DNA of 63,514 bases, the filler included, from Intoshia linei (lineage: Eukaryota > Animalia > Orthonectida), in assembly GCA_001642005.1 (NCBI GenBank). It is 8 parts of 8 records of this genome, joined end to end, with 100 filler letters (N's around TTAATTAATTAA, not from the genome) between each part and the next. Parts side by side here need not be neighbours in the genome. Positions count along the whole stretch, not along the records: positions 1 to 3,060 come from LWCA01002152.1; positions 3,161 to 7,686 come from LWCA01001920.1; positions 7,787 to 18,319 come from LWCA01001261.1; 5 more parts are not named here. The stretch is one strand, 5' to 3'. Shown here piece after piece: positions 1-12,139 of this stretch. The notes below the pieces were generated by a model, which was given only the letters and a program-made list of their open reading frames with translations, did not search any database and was not told where the DNA came from. The position numbers were made by a program, and so were the translations under genes. Every line of letters begins with the position of its first letter. Position 1 is the first letter of the stretch.

Positions 1-38
1 GCATTACGTAAATGCTTATCTAAATAAATCTCTACTAA

Positions 39-2393
39 CGAAACTTGACTGTATCTTTTGATTTACGATCTTTTGATAGTGCGCTTAAAAAAGATACCTA
101 AAAAATTATTAGGTAAAATTCAATGAAACCATGTAACTTTTAGGGCGGAACCCCAAATTTAACACGACTAAAGTCTTTTAAACCATATAAAATGTATATT
201 ATAAAGGCAGAATAAAATTTCATTATCAATAATTGTCACACCTTACAGATTTCAACAAGTACAGAGTCTGTACTACAGACATGTGTGTACTAAGTATTGC
301 AATTATTATGATTACATTAGATTGGTTAATATTTCTGAAATACAAAGTCTTTGCATTTGAAATAAAGTTTTCAGGTAAATTTCTATCAAAATATATGTAA
401 TCTGTGTCCAATAATCCCCAAATTTTTGGTTTTTTGATGACAGCATAATAAATAATTGAATCTACAGCAAACGCCATTCTATCACCACTATTATTCCACG
501 ACAAAGAATGTATCGTACCATTCATAATTCTTATTGATTCAAATGTCTACATTACATGTATAATATTCATTGTATATATTAGATTTTTTTATACATTGTG
601 TCAGGATTAGAAAACCTTTACAATCTCGCATACAATAGTTTAAATTAAACTTAAATTTAAACAAATTTTCAATAAATAGAACATACAATTCTCTAGAGCC
701 GGGGTGTCAGACTCAATTTGCTTGGCGGGCGAAATGTAAAAAAAATTATTACGCGGGTTTCACAAAAAAGTCTTTACTAAAACCATTAAACTAACAGGTT
801 TCATAAAATCAAATAAGAAACAATAATAATAAAATAAGTGTACATTGTACAACTAATGTTAAAATTGTAGTTATAAATAAATAAATCATGAAAAATATAT
901 AAAAAAACAGTAAAAAAAGAATATGTGTAAAAAATTTTGTATTCAAAAAATGGTAATTTGTGTGTTTGATCATGAAGATGTACGTTTCAAAGTTTGAGAT
1001 TTACGCCAATAGTAATGCTGTTAAAATACGTCCCAGAATTTATGTTGTTTAAAATTCTAGGAATGATTTATTATACATGTATATTTAAAAAAAAATATAA
1101 TTTGGGTTTTTAATCCTGAAGGACTCAATCTCTGAAAATAAAATTTGGCAATAATAAAACATTCATGACTAAAAAAACTATATTAGAAATTGGGTTTTTT
1201 TTAATTCTAGAAATTTAATTTTTTAATTAAACCGTAACACACACTGTCATTACATTTTATAATATAAAGCAGGGATTCCCAAAGTGGGTGATTAATTCAG
1301 TTATGGACGATTTTCAGCTGGGGTGATTGGTGGCTCGATTTAAAAAAATTATAAAAGCGTTAATAGAAATTTTTTTAATATATTTCAGTATAGTAAAATT
1401 AAGGCGTTATCAAATTAAAATATAGTTCCTTGTTAATGTTAATTGATTGTTTTATTATAAAAGTTTAATTATTAATTTCACTGTGTATTCAAAAAACGAT
1501 TTTAGATGGATAGAGTGGAGCGTTAATGAATTTTGTAAGGGGATATTTTTATATCCAGTTTGCGATCCACTGATATAACTAGAGAAAATAATAAATGTAT
1601 TATTTTTTAATTAACATTTAATATAATTTTTAATTTTTTAATTATTAAATATAGAATCGGACATAATTAGTTCAACAAAAAAAAATTGGTTATTTATTGA
1701 ACAAATTTTTAAATAGACATATTATTAAAGGGGCGTTGAGAAAATATATTGCTAAAAAGGGGGTAATATTAAGAAAATATGTAAGATCTTGAGGCTCAGT
1801 GATATCATTAATTCTATAAAATAAATTTTATAATTAGCTCGACTTTCGACAATATAAGCATCCTGTTTGTAATTTATTAGAAAATTTATGTATAGTTTTT
1901 AGTAAAAAATAATCACTAAATTGTAATTCTTTTTTGTTTGAACTGTTATATCAGCCCCAAAAAAATGACCGTTAGGTTTTTTTAAGAGTGAATGTGGAGC
2001 TAATATAAAAATATTATAAATTATAATTGTATATTGAAATTATAAGATTTATGTTGGGAAACAGATCTAATTAACGATTAAATTGCATACTAATGAAATA
2101 TGTTTTCAAAAATTTTTTATATTTCATTTAATATGTATTATAAATGGTACAAATAAAATATTTTAACTAAACTTCTCAAATATTTAAAACTACTCAGCAG
2201 GTCCACCAAAATATGAATACTCAACACTTTCCCACATCTGGTCTAAACTGTATGTAATTTACTTTTCCATTCGGTGATATAAATAAAATTGTATTCCTTT
2301 CCATTTTGTCTTTACCACACACACAAATGTATGTCAAATCAGTATTCCATTCGGTACAGGAAACATTTAGTTCGGTTTCAATCTTTACAGGGT
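39..2393 (-). CDS. WDR35: WD repeat protein 35 / IFT121, internal exons (gene extends beyond the window and contig)
   Basis: Exon 2393-2263 reads DPVKIETELNVSCTEWNTDLTYICVCGKDKMERNTILFISPNGK. The next exon (from ~547) reads TFESIRIMNGTIHSLSWNNSGDRMAFAVDSIIYYAVIKKPKIWG. Both are collinear with WDR35 (NPVLIDTG..WNH....FYTPFGE / [24 protein letters not shown]), with GT-AG borders. Confidence 0.8.
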
Positions 2394-3060
2394 CTAAAAT
2401 GATTGATTCAGTTAAATAAATGCATTAATACCAAAAGCTATAATAATATTTTATTTTTATTATTTACGTAAAAATATTTGAAAATTATAAAAGAAATTAT
2501 ATAAAAATTTATGAAAATATAAAGGAAATTTTTTTGACGGTCCCAAACGGGTAATAATCCCGTACTTAACATTTTCTATGACATTCCCGTGAACATTCCA
2601 TGATTATACAATGTATAGTTATATTATAATATACAAATATTGTACATATTAATTAAAGTATACTTTGATCGTTAATGTTAGACATAATTTGAATCGTTCC
2701 ATTAAATAAAACAATTTATAAAATGCATTTTTCTGGAAAAGGTACAAATTTATACGAAAAGGAAATAACATTTGTATTTATTGTGTCTGTTATTAATTTT
2801 GATGTCAAAGTTTGCTAAATAAATGATTATTATTAATATTTAATACACAATAATAAAAGAAAAATATTTCTTTATCTACAGAAGGGGAAATATAAATAAA
2901 AAATGTAAATATTAATTATTAACTTAATCAGGATGGTCTAAACATGTGGCGTGTGAACACCAAAAAATTCAATATATTATCACCCAATATTTTTCAAATA
3001 TTTTGGAATTGAAAATGTAAATATTGATCCTACAATTTCAAAAAAAATATGCATTGAACG

Positions 3061-3160
3061 NNNNNNNNNNNNNNNNNNNNNNNNNNNNNNNNNNNNNNNN
3101 NNNNTTAATTAATTAANNNNNNNNNNNNNNNNNNNNNNNNNNNNNNNNNNNNNNNNNNNN
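3061..3160. other. Artificial contig spacer N44-TTAATTAATTAA-N44; also at 7687-7786, 18320-18419, 34972-35071, 56666-56765, 58863-58962 and 61715-61814
   Basis: Seven identical 100-nt spacers whose 12-mer core has stop codons in all six frames. Confidence 0.97.
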
Positions 3161-3260
3161 AAAAATGTATCCTTCCTTATCGATAATACTTTGCTACACG
3201 GGGCTGAACATCTCCATTTATAACCATCTATACAAACTTTTTTGGAAAAAAACATCTGCC
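3161..3260 (-). mobile_element. Merlin/IS1595 (ISXO2)-like transposase N-terminal Zn-ribbon fragment, cut by the spacer
   Basis: The minus strand reads DGYKWRCSAPCSKVLSIRKDTFF, matching the DG(Y/F)xWRC..C....SIR.(G/D)TFF signature of eukaryotic ISXO2-type transposases. Confidence 0.65.
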
Positions 3261-6065
3261 GGTTGCACAATGGTAGATACATCTAAATCGTCTAAACTCG
3301 AAATATCCATGCTCATTATAAAAAGTACGATAAATTCAATAAATTATAATTCAATTTGGTGGTTTCATGACAATATTTATTTTTTCAATAAATCTTATAT
3401 AAAATCTTCAAACTATTGGCTCTAAAATACGAAAGACCCATTAGATACACCCACTTCCAAACCTATCATATCTTGAGTACCCTCATTGGTAGCTAATTTT
3501 TGTAAAATGGGACCTCATTTCCAAATTTTCCAATTTGAATATTAAAATTGTTTTATTGAGTGTCATGACAATTATGTGTGATAAATGCAAAATGTAAAGT
3601 TAAGAGCCTTTGAGAAGTGGTTAGGGTTATATGACGCTACGTATCATTTTTTATTTTTTTAAAGTGCATATTTTTCATTATTTTCAGGTGACTTCTAACT
3701 GGGTGGGATCTGTTCTGTAGACACAGCAGAGATTTTCTGTAAATTTCCCGGTTTAATTGAATAAATGTTAATATAATCTACAATCGCTATTGTTTCATAG
3801 TGATTTAAATTGTTTCTTCAAGATAACTAATTTGTCGGTTTTATAATTAATCCGGAACAAATACTTTGATTATGATTAGTGTTAATTAACACTAAACTAT
3901 TTAATCCTACTAAGTTAGAAATCAATGAGATTGGTTATTTTTAATATTCAATTTAATTTACAAAATTATTGATTCTGGTCAGTGCTTTTTTCCTAAAGCT
4001 CGATAAATTTGAATTTTTTCTTGAAAAGTTTGATAAAATTGGATTTTTTAAAAAAATATTGGTAAAAGTGAATTTATCATAAAAGATTGGTAATAATAGA
4101 TTTTTTCCTTCAGATATCGAAAAAATTTAAAATTGTACAAAATTCTTTATTTTTGCTGAAATAGCAAAAATTACTGATTCTCCAAACGGACGATAACATT
4201 ACGGTACACAACAGCTGTAGTTCGCAAAATACGTGAAAAAATTGAATATCAAAGTGTTTTTTGACCATGAAGGCGTCATTTTGTGAGATTAAAATTTATG
4301 TGAGTATTAACTAAATATATGAACATTTCTTTTAATTTTTCTTTTAAATCTGATGACTCTGTTAGTTTTTAAAAAGGTAATATGTAGTTTTAATCGTGAA
4401 AATACACTTTTGTGAAGTTGTAGTGTATAATAATGCTTATAATTTTAAAAATTATACTAGAATTTATGTTTTATAAAATTTCTAGAACTTTTTTCCTTTT
4501 TAAACAAAATGGTAAATTGTGGTTTTTACCATGAAGGTGTAATTTCTAAGGTTGATATTTACGACAATGTTAATGATTTTAAACTGGGTCACAGAATGTA
4601 TATTGTTAATTTTCTAGGGCTGATTTAATTTAAAAAAAAAGGGATGAATTTTTTTACCTAGGAATCAATTTCTAAAAATTAAAATTATTATTATATTGTT
4701 AAATGTTAAAAAATATATTGTTTTTAAAGATTGTGTCATATCAGAATTTATATTTTGATTATCTATTTATGTTATGAAATATTTATGCAAAATTTTTCAA
4801 ATATTGATCCGAGTAGGACTATTAATTTACTAATTAATCTTTATTTTAATATTTTATAAAATTAAAATAGATTTTCTCCAAAATAAATGTGTATGAATTA
4901 TTGTGTTGTGGTTTGGTCTGTAGGTAATATTTATATTCTATTTTTACAACATTTACATATTTATTCAAATTTCCCAGTAATTTTTTTCGTATTTTATTTA
5001 CGAAAATAAACAATTTGACCATAAACCACATTTTAATTTTAGTGAAAATTTCCCTTAATTGTGTAAAATTGGGAAATTTGCCCTCAATTAAAAATCACTA
5101 TAATAGTGATTATATTTATTTATAGATCGTGGAAAATTTTGACACAAAGTAGTATTCTGTGGGGTAAGGTAATGTATTAATTATTTTTAGATTTTTATAT
5201 ACTTGATTTACGTTTTCATTTAGATGGATTTTTCAAAAATAAGAAATAAGTAAATTTAAAATTTATATAAAAATTATTTTCATTTAATTTTGATGAAAAC
5301 TTGAAATTTTCAGACAAAATGCACGCACGTTCACCTTTTAATTTTTTGCTTCATCACTTTTTGACGAACAGCACTTGGAGTCTAGTAAACATAGCGGTTG
5401 AGAACGATGGTTAACTATGGAAGAAATCTAATTACAGCTCCATTTATAACTTTCAGTCTGAGATTGGTTTATTCTTGGTTATCAGTGTTTACTTAAAAAC
5501 TATTACCGCTAACTCCAGGTTTTGATGAAAATTACAATCAAACTTTTTTTTAATTTATGTAGCACAGTTGTACCTTAATATCATACATGATGTCATAATG
5601 TATTATACTAATTTCAGTATATTTACGTGATATTTCTAGAGGTAGTTAATTTTAGTATAATAATCTAGGACAGATGTGTGGAAAGTGCGGCCCTTAGGCT
5701 GTATGCAGCCTTCTGAACAATTTTTCATTTAAAATTATTTTATTTATTGTATTATTTTTATAATATGAATTTTTGGTGAAGTGGGATTTTTTAGAAAAAT
5801 ATTGGCGAAAGCTGTTTTTTTTCTTATGGCTTGGTAAAATTAGATTTTTTCATTTTGGTTTATATAGAGGGATTTTTTCCTTAACGGTTAGTAAAATTTT
5901 GGTTTTTTCTCATAAGATTTTATTAAATTGAATAAAATATGCTAAAAATTTATCACTCACCCCAATCATTTAAAATTTTCGTATTCAACCCTTAATAAAA
6001 TTATTATCCCTTGGATCGAAAAATTTCACCCAAACTTTCATTTATATTTTAGTTTAATTTTGACT

Positions 6066-7112
6066 TTTAGAAATTTTTTTTGAACCAAACTTTAAGGGGG
6101 TTTTTTTAGAAATTTTTGTAAATCAAATTTTAAAGGGGTGTGTAATGTATTTAAAATTCGTAATGAAAAACGTTTAACTTTTAAAACACGTTTGTATACG
6201 GTTTACAATTAATATGAAGTTTATTTTCTATCTTGACTTAGTGTTGGGATGATACCAATACTACACCTCCCTCCTAAAATGTTGACGAGGTGTTTTTTTT
6301 GTATAAAAATTGTTCCTTGGATGTGATCGGATGGTTTGGAGTGTAATCAAGGTCATGTCTATAATTCTTAAATTAAATTAAATTTTATTTTTGTCATATG
6401 ATTTTTTCATATTTACATTTTTACATAATTTGCTATGTGTAGGTATAATTTTGCGTTTGCCTTCAATACTTTTGCGAGATTTTCTTTTGTAATTTCGTCA
6501 TTCCATCCAGCATTTTTGCCTAATTCAACTAACTCATGTCGGAAGCTTATCAGACTTTGATTGGGCTTTTGGTCTAGTCTAAAATCTGATTTCATACCTA
6601 TACTTAGTTTGACAGGCATATAACTTGTCATGACAACTTTTGTAGGCTTCTACCGGGCTCATATCGGGAGATTTTGCTTTCTCCTTTAATTAATTCGAGA
6701 ATTCGTCTTTTTCAAGCTGGACTCGGAGGAATAGCCATTTCTCTTTATCGGTGACACACGTAAGATTCATTAGTGTGACTAATTCGTCTTCAATTTCATC
6801 GATAATCTTAGCTTTCTTATCCACAGCTTGTTTATTGTATTTAGACATAGTTTGTAATTTTTTTGTGTTTTAAAAATGTAATGTCGTATTTAAAATTCAT
6901 AATGAAAAACGTTTAATTTTTAAAACACGTTTTTATACGGTTTACAATTAATATGAAGTTTATTTTCTATCTTGATTTAGTGTTGGGATGATACCAATAC
7001 TACAGGGTGTTTCTTAGAATTTTTTTTAAACCAAACTTTAAGGGAATCTTTAAGATTTTTTTTGAACCAAACTTTCAAGGGGGGTTTTTTTAGATTTATT
7101 TTGAACCAAACA
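6066..7112. repeat. ~36-bp minisatellite (TTAGAAATTTTTTTGAACCAAACTTTAAGGGG-like) interrupted by the LTR element
   Basis: Two units lie left of 6141 and three lie right of 7004. Confidence 0.7.
6141..7004 (-). mobile_element. 864-bp non-autonomous LTR retroelement with a decayed gag remnant
   Basis: Near-identical TG...CA LTRs at 6141-6265 and 6877-7004. 5-bp TSD GGGTG at 6136-6140 and 7005-7009. Polypurine tract AGGAGGGAGG on the minus strand at 6266-6275. Internal frameshifted ORF from 6848 includes gag-like LDQKPNQSLISFRHELVELGKNAGWND. Confidence 0.9.
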
Positions 7113-7257
7113 TTAAATAATATTTAAAATATAAAAATAAAAATTACTCGTACATCTAAATGAGGAGATTTATTTAAGTGAATACTGGAATTGATGCACA
7201 ATTTTTTAATTGAAATACAGGCAATTTAAAAGTGATAATGAAGATATTAAAATAAAA

Positions 7258-7686
7258 CAGTCGTGCAAAATAAACTGGCATGTCAGTTAAAGTTTAATTA
7301 AACTGTTAATAAATTTTCAAATAATTTTTAAATTGTAACTAAATTTTAAATGGCGATAATTAACAAAATTATAAAGCATGACATTGAAAATATTTCAAAA
7401 GCGGTATGAACCAATCTGAAATTTCGAGGCAAACCGGGGTTTGCAGATCAAGCGTTCAAAATGTTCTCAAAAAATTTAAAAATGGAGATAGAATTGAACG
7501 TAAAGTTGGTACAGGTAGGAAACAATTATTTAATTCAAGAGAAGAACGTTTAATGACACGAACCTCTAAATTAAATCTTTTTATATCAGCTAGAGAGATT
7601 AGAAAGTCATTGGGGTTCGCTAGTAGAGCGTGAATTGATACCATTAAACGCATTTTAAGGCGAAATAATTTATTCGGAAGAATAAC
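7258..7686 (+). mobile_element. Tc1/mariner 5' end with paired-HTH transposase N-terminus, cut by the spacer
   Basis: Begins CAGTCGTGCAAAATAA. ORF 7406-7633 reads MNQSEISRQTGVCRSSVQNVLKKF...GTGRKQLFNSREER (HTH plus GRPR-like motif); a stop follows. Confidence 0.8.
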
Positions 7687-8099
7687 NNNNNNNNNNNNNN
7701 NNNNNNNNNNNNNNNNNNNNNNNNNNNNNNTTAATTAATTAANNNNNNNNNNNNNNNNNNNNNNNNNNNNNNNNNNNNNNNNNNNNATTTATAATAAAGT
7801 TACAATAAAAACGACATTACTTATGAAACGACCTAATAACAGTATCTGATTAACATGATTATTCTATGAGTATTATTATGAGGATGACAATTATGGAATA
7901 GAATGGAACGAGATAGATTTCAAATGGTATTTTTTATCAATGTGGGATAAAAGTGGCATTTTTGAAATAATTATATAGCGGTCATCTAGACTTTGGGATA
8001 AAATCCCAACATCTAGCAATTCTGTTTACATTTCAAATTATATTTTAAATTTTGATATTTTTGAAAATATCAAATGTTTGTGAAATGTTTTCGTAATCT

Positions 8100-8520
8100 T
8101 TAGCTACTTTTATCTTTGAAAGCCATATAGATATAAAATATCTATGTGGAGATTTTTCAGCTTCAGACCGATGCATACCATGCGAAGTATTCATGGAATT
8201 CGTTGATATAACAAACTGCTGGTATTAAGATATAAAAGAATTGAAAAAAATTGAAATTTACAGATCAGTATTTCAACCCTTACATTCATGCGAAGAGATG
8301 GTATATCGAACTTTACAGGTAATGTCTTCAGGTATACCTTACATCAGTTTTCGATTCCTTAGCATAATATATGCATTAATATTAAGAAAAGTTTTTAATA
8401 TTCTTGAATTACATATACTGTCTCTCGTTATATATGGAGATAATAACATTATAGCCTGCCATTATGAAAACTTACCAACTCAAAAATAATTGTAAAACAA
8501 ATTTTGTTACTGGGTAATGC
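8100..8520 (+). pseudogene. Endogenous picorna-like virus RNA-dependent RNA polymerase fragment (motifs A, B, C)
   Basis: Motif A YLCGDFSASDRCIP (GD at 8148), followed by FVDITNCWY and a stop at 8226. Motif B HSCEEMVYRTLQVMSSGIP/(frameshift)TSVFDSLA (core 8322-8364). Motif C VIYGDNNII (8433; GDD changed to GDN). Order and spacing are those of Picornavirales 3D polymerase. Confidence 0.9.
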
Positions 8521-8950
8521 CATTGAGACGTGAATGTTACATTCAAAAGAATGTAACATCCTTAATAAATAAAATATATAAAAATCTGACCACTAGTGAG
8601 ATCAGAACTGTACTAGGCGAGCTTATCAATGATGAAAATATCCATTTAATTGCAGAACAGAGTGCACAGTAAATTAAAGATAAAAAACAACAAAAGTTTC
8701 CAATAAAGAATATAATATCTGAATTAAAAAATAATTTAATCTAACATACCGTGAGGCTCAGTAACTCAATTGATAAAGCAATCAGGATAATGACAGAGGA
8801 AAGTACTCAATAAAACGGACAGTAGAATTTCCGGTATCTAATCCGGCAATGCCAAGATCATGGTTCAGGTCGGTATGGAGGTGGTTGGAAACAAAACCTA
8901 ACATTATTACCTTTATCACAATTTACATTTTGTTGCAATTTAACCTTGAA
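8511..8950 (+). pseudogene. Decayed coding block, probably a viral non-structural (2C-3A-like) segment
   Basis: About 140 codons with few stops, directly abutting the RdRp piece. It ends in amphipathic/hydrophobic SWFRSVWRWLETKPNIITFITIYILLQ. No diagnostic motif is present. Confidence 0.4.
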
Positions 8951-9084
8951 TTTAAAATTTTTATCTGCTGTTTCTATAGTTTTAAATTCTCTCTCTCGCC
9001 AAATTCCTTATCTCACCAACTTTTTCTAAATCCCAAGAATGGCAAGTTATAGAGAGAGTACTGTACATTGTATATGTATTCTAT

Positions 9085-9526
9085 GGAGTGGCGGATCTAG
9101 GATTTTTATCTTGGCGGGCGAAATAATTATTAGGGGCCAAACTCATATAATTTATTTAAATTTGAATTTTTATATTATGTTTACAATATATGTTATGTAT
9201 ATTATGTTAATAATATATTTATATTTATAATAATTAATATTTTTTTTATGTTTTCATTTAACTAAATTTTTCAACAACTGCATCAAAATCGACATTTTCG
9301 GCAAGTTCTCTGTCGATTATCAACAACGTTAAGTCAGATAATTTAACTTAAACTGTTGTTAAACTCTAATCATAAATTAATATACATAAAACAAAAACAA
9401 TGATAACAAACATAATTCGATAAACGCTATTTGATGGGTTCTAGAAAAAATTTTTAATTTTACACAATGTTAAAATACAAATTAAAATATATTATGGCAC
9501 ATTTGTCATGCCAGGGGGCGCCCCTA
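9085..9526. mobile_element. MITE-like insertion between viral fragments
   Basis: GC-rich hAT-like ends (AGTGGCGGATCTAGG... and ...GGGGGCGCCCCTA) around an AT-rich core. No TSD was identified. Confidence 0.45.
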
Positions 9527-9845
9527 AACATATAGATAAACAGGTTTTGATATACTTACATGGCATACTTGAAGTAGGCAAGGCGGTCTCAGCTGATCAC
9601 ATATTTACCGACTTATTTAATTTGCTAGAAAAAGATATTTACTTTGCTAACGATAAATACTGTTACAACTCGCTATTACCTTACTTTGATACGTATTCAC
9701 ATCAACCTATATTCGAAATATCAGATCTACAAATGAGAGACAAAAATGTTCAAATGCACTCAAAGCAGGTGACGAAAGCTTATTTCCGCCAAATATAGCA
9801 GACTGCGCAGGCAAAGGTACAATTTACTTTACTTCTAATTTTTTG
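9527..9845 (+). pseudogene. Endogenous picorna-like virus 2C / superfamily-3 RNA helicase fragment
   Basis: Degenerate Walker A VLIYLHGILEVGKA (GxxGxGKS). Walker B region YFDTYSHQPIFEISD (Y.DGY..Q....DD). After a frameshift (9780-9845) LFPPNIADCAGKGTIYFTSNFL matches the 2C motif F.PPMA.LEEKG..FTSN. Confidence 0.9.
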
Positions 9846-10123
9846 TAATAATATTTAATAATAATTTTAATAATAGATAAAAAAGAAATATATAGAGTCT
9901 TTAAGGAAAGAGAGATAATACTTATTTTACCCTGGTAGACCTTTTTCCATTTTTAACGGAGAGGATAGTAGATTTTGCCTACCGCTATGGTAGCAACAAA
10001 AAGAATTTAATCAATAGTAAATCGTTACGGAGTGGAAAATACCCTAAAATGCAAAATATATTATTCATATGGTTTTTAAATAGACGCAAATCGGATTAGC
10101 TGAAGGATAAGACTAAACAAATT

Positions 10124-10230
10124 ATGGATAGAATTAATCCTAATTTCAAATTTAATAACTGTTGGTTGTCAAAATTTAAGAAAAGATTTTCAATTTCGAT
10201 CCGTAAAATGATAGGTTTGTCTTTGTTTGT
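10124..10230 (+). mobile_element. pogo/Tigger (CENP-B-like HTH) transposase fragment
   Basis: FKFNNCWLSKFKKRFSISIRKMIG resembles F.ASNGWL..FKKR..I..RKI.G. Confidence 0.7.
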
Positions 10231-10663
10231 CTCTAATTACGTACGAGATATAATTGACAGCATACGCGCAATCAAAAGCCGGGATGACGAGGATTATGCG
10301 CATGTGGGTTGCATCATGAGGGTAAGAAATACGAAACAGACACATATGACCTAGAGTGTCTAGATCAAGGATACACAACCTTTCCACCAATTCAGCCACA
10401 ATGCTACTTTTCTTATTGGTGCCTCTGCCACACAAAATTTACTTCGACATTGAGAAAGTTTACTCTGGAATCCAGAGTCTGGACCTAAATTTTAGGTCTA
10501 ATAAAATAGTTTTCTTTAAATTTTAATACATTATTGTATCAGCAAGTTTTAATTAATAATTTTCAATTAAAATTAATCCTTAATTCACTCATATAAATTA
10601 ATACCACATTTGTCATTTATCTGAATCGGAATAAATAGCAATACAGTAGTAGTAGGATTAATG

Positions 10664-11424
10664 CAGTGCTTCTCATGGGGGTAACTGGTCACCCTAAGGG
10701 GTGAATACGAAAATTTAGATGATTGTAAGCTACTCTACAAATTTCAACATATTTCATTAAATCATCCAATTTAATATAGTCTTATGAGAAAAAACAAAAA
10801 TTTTACCAACCCTTAAGGAAGAAATCTTTTTTTACCAATATTTTTTTTTAAAAATCCATTTTTACCAAAGTTTTAAAATAAAAACTACCCTATCTGATTC
10901 CAAAAGAAAAAATCAAATTTTACCAACCCTTAAGGAAAAAAATCGCTTTTACCAATATTTTTATGAAAAATCCCATTTTAATAAATTTTTAGATCAATAA
11001 TTCTTCTGATTGATTCCATAAGAAAAAACCTGATTTTAAAAAAATTTGAAAAATTTTAAGATTCCTTTTACTAATATTTTTATGAAAAAACATTAATCAT
11101 TAAGTTTTCGGTAAATAATTAATAATAATAATTGGACAACAGAAAAAAGTTCCATTAAAACCGATTTGTTCATACATTAGAGTGGAAGACATAAAAAATA
11201 TGTAAATAGTAATAATGACATAAAATAATATCAGTGACTGCCTTGATATTGTGTTCCATTCGCTAACATTTTAGAAACTGGGGCAAAGTCAAGAATGTAA
11301 CTTTTTGATTAAAATATTTGAAATAGACATTGAATAAAATCTTAATTTAACTTTTTATTTTGAAGTAAAATGATGTTATGTAAAACAAGCAGATGTATTG
11401 CCCACGGCCGCACGTGCACCCCTG
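10664..11424. mobile_element. hAT-MITE-like DNA with internal ~40-bp tandem repeats
   Basis: CAGTGCTTCTC... left end, ...GTGCACCCCTG right end, and repeated TTTTACCAACCCTTAAGGAA units. The two ends may belong to different nested elements. Confidence 0.5.
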
Positions 11425-11427
11425 ATC

Positions 11428-12138
11428 TAGATCAGATAGTTTCGGGAACTTTTAATACGAAATTGTAAAAAAGAATAACTGAGTGCAGAAATTTTGCAAT
11501 TCAGAAGTTGTTTAGATAACATGAAATCATTTCTAATTCTAGGAATTCAAGATCTGATGACATCTATAACACCAATAAAACATGCGGACCGAAGGAACAA
11601 TGGAAAAATAATTGTTCTACCAACAATTTGAGTTTCAAACTACAAGAAATCGATAGACCTCGCTATAGACACCACGATGCAAAACCGACAATGATTGAAA
11701 AATTAGCGCATTACGAACTTTGTTGTGGTTACAATCACACCGAAAAAAAAGGATGAAAATAGCATATTGATTCGTCGCTAGCGAAATCGCTCAACCTGGG
11801 TCTATACTTGACGGTTACACAAAAGAGGAAGGCATAGTGCTTTATATCCAAACTATAATCGAGAAGTATCGGTGACGCGTTTGCTGATAAACACAGTATC
11901 ACACGCAAACAGAACTGATCTTGTCAACGAAATTATATTTAACAACGTTGGGATAGAGAACAACGCGGGATTAGGGAACAACTACAGATTAATAGATAAT
12001 GCTGAGGATGGAGATTTACCGGGTGTGCAAATGCCAGACTTTGACTTATGGTCATCACACTACGCAATAAACACACGGAAAAATTCAAGAATCAACAAAA
12101 GCACATTGACATTTGTCCAATTATATGGGTTTTTGTGA
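11428..12138 (+). pseudogene. Unassigned GC-elevated intronless coding-like block, probably viral
   Basis: Long frames with sparse stops and frameshifts (...DRPRYRHHDAKPTMIEKLAHYELCCGYNH; IAQPGSILDGYTKEEG; ORF 11872-12138). It abuts the capsid region. No motif was recognised. Confidence 0.4.
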
Positions 12139-12139
12139 T

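Noticed and set aside
3061-3160. Recurrent TTAATTAATTAA palindrome inside N runs
   Set aside because: It is an artificial six-frame-stop linker between contigs, not biology.
6141-8520. LTR element adjacent to the viral cluster as the direct integration vehicle
   Set aside because: The spacer at 7687-7786 lies between them, so physical linkage is unsupported.
10790-11100. Regularly spaced ~40-bp repeats resembling a CRISPR array next to viral fragments
   Set aside because: The units are degenerate AT-rich tandem repeats without unique spacers. Similar repeats occur in MITEs at ~3980-4110, ~5770-5920 and ~55820-55920, the context is eukaryotic and there are no cas genes.
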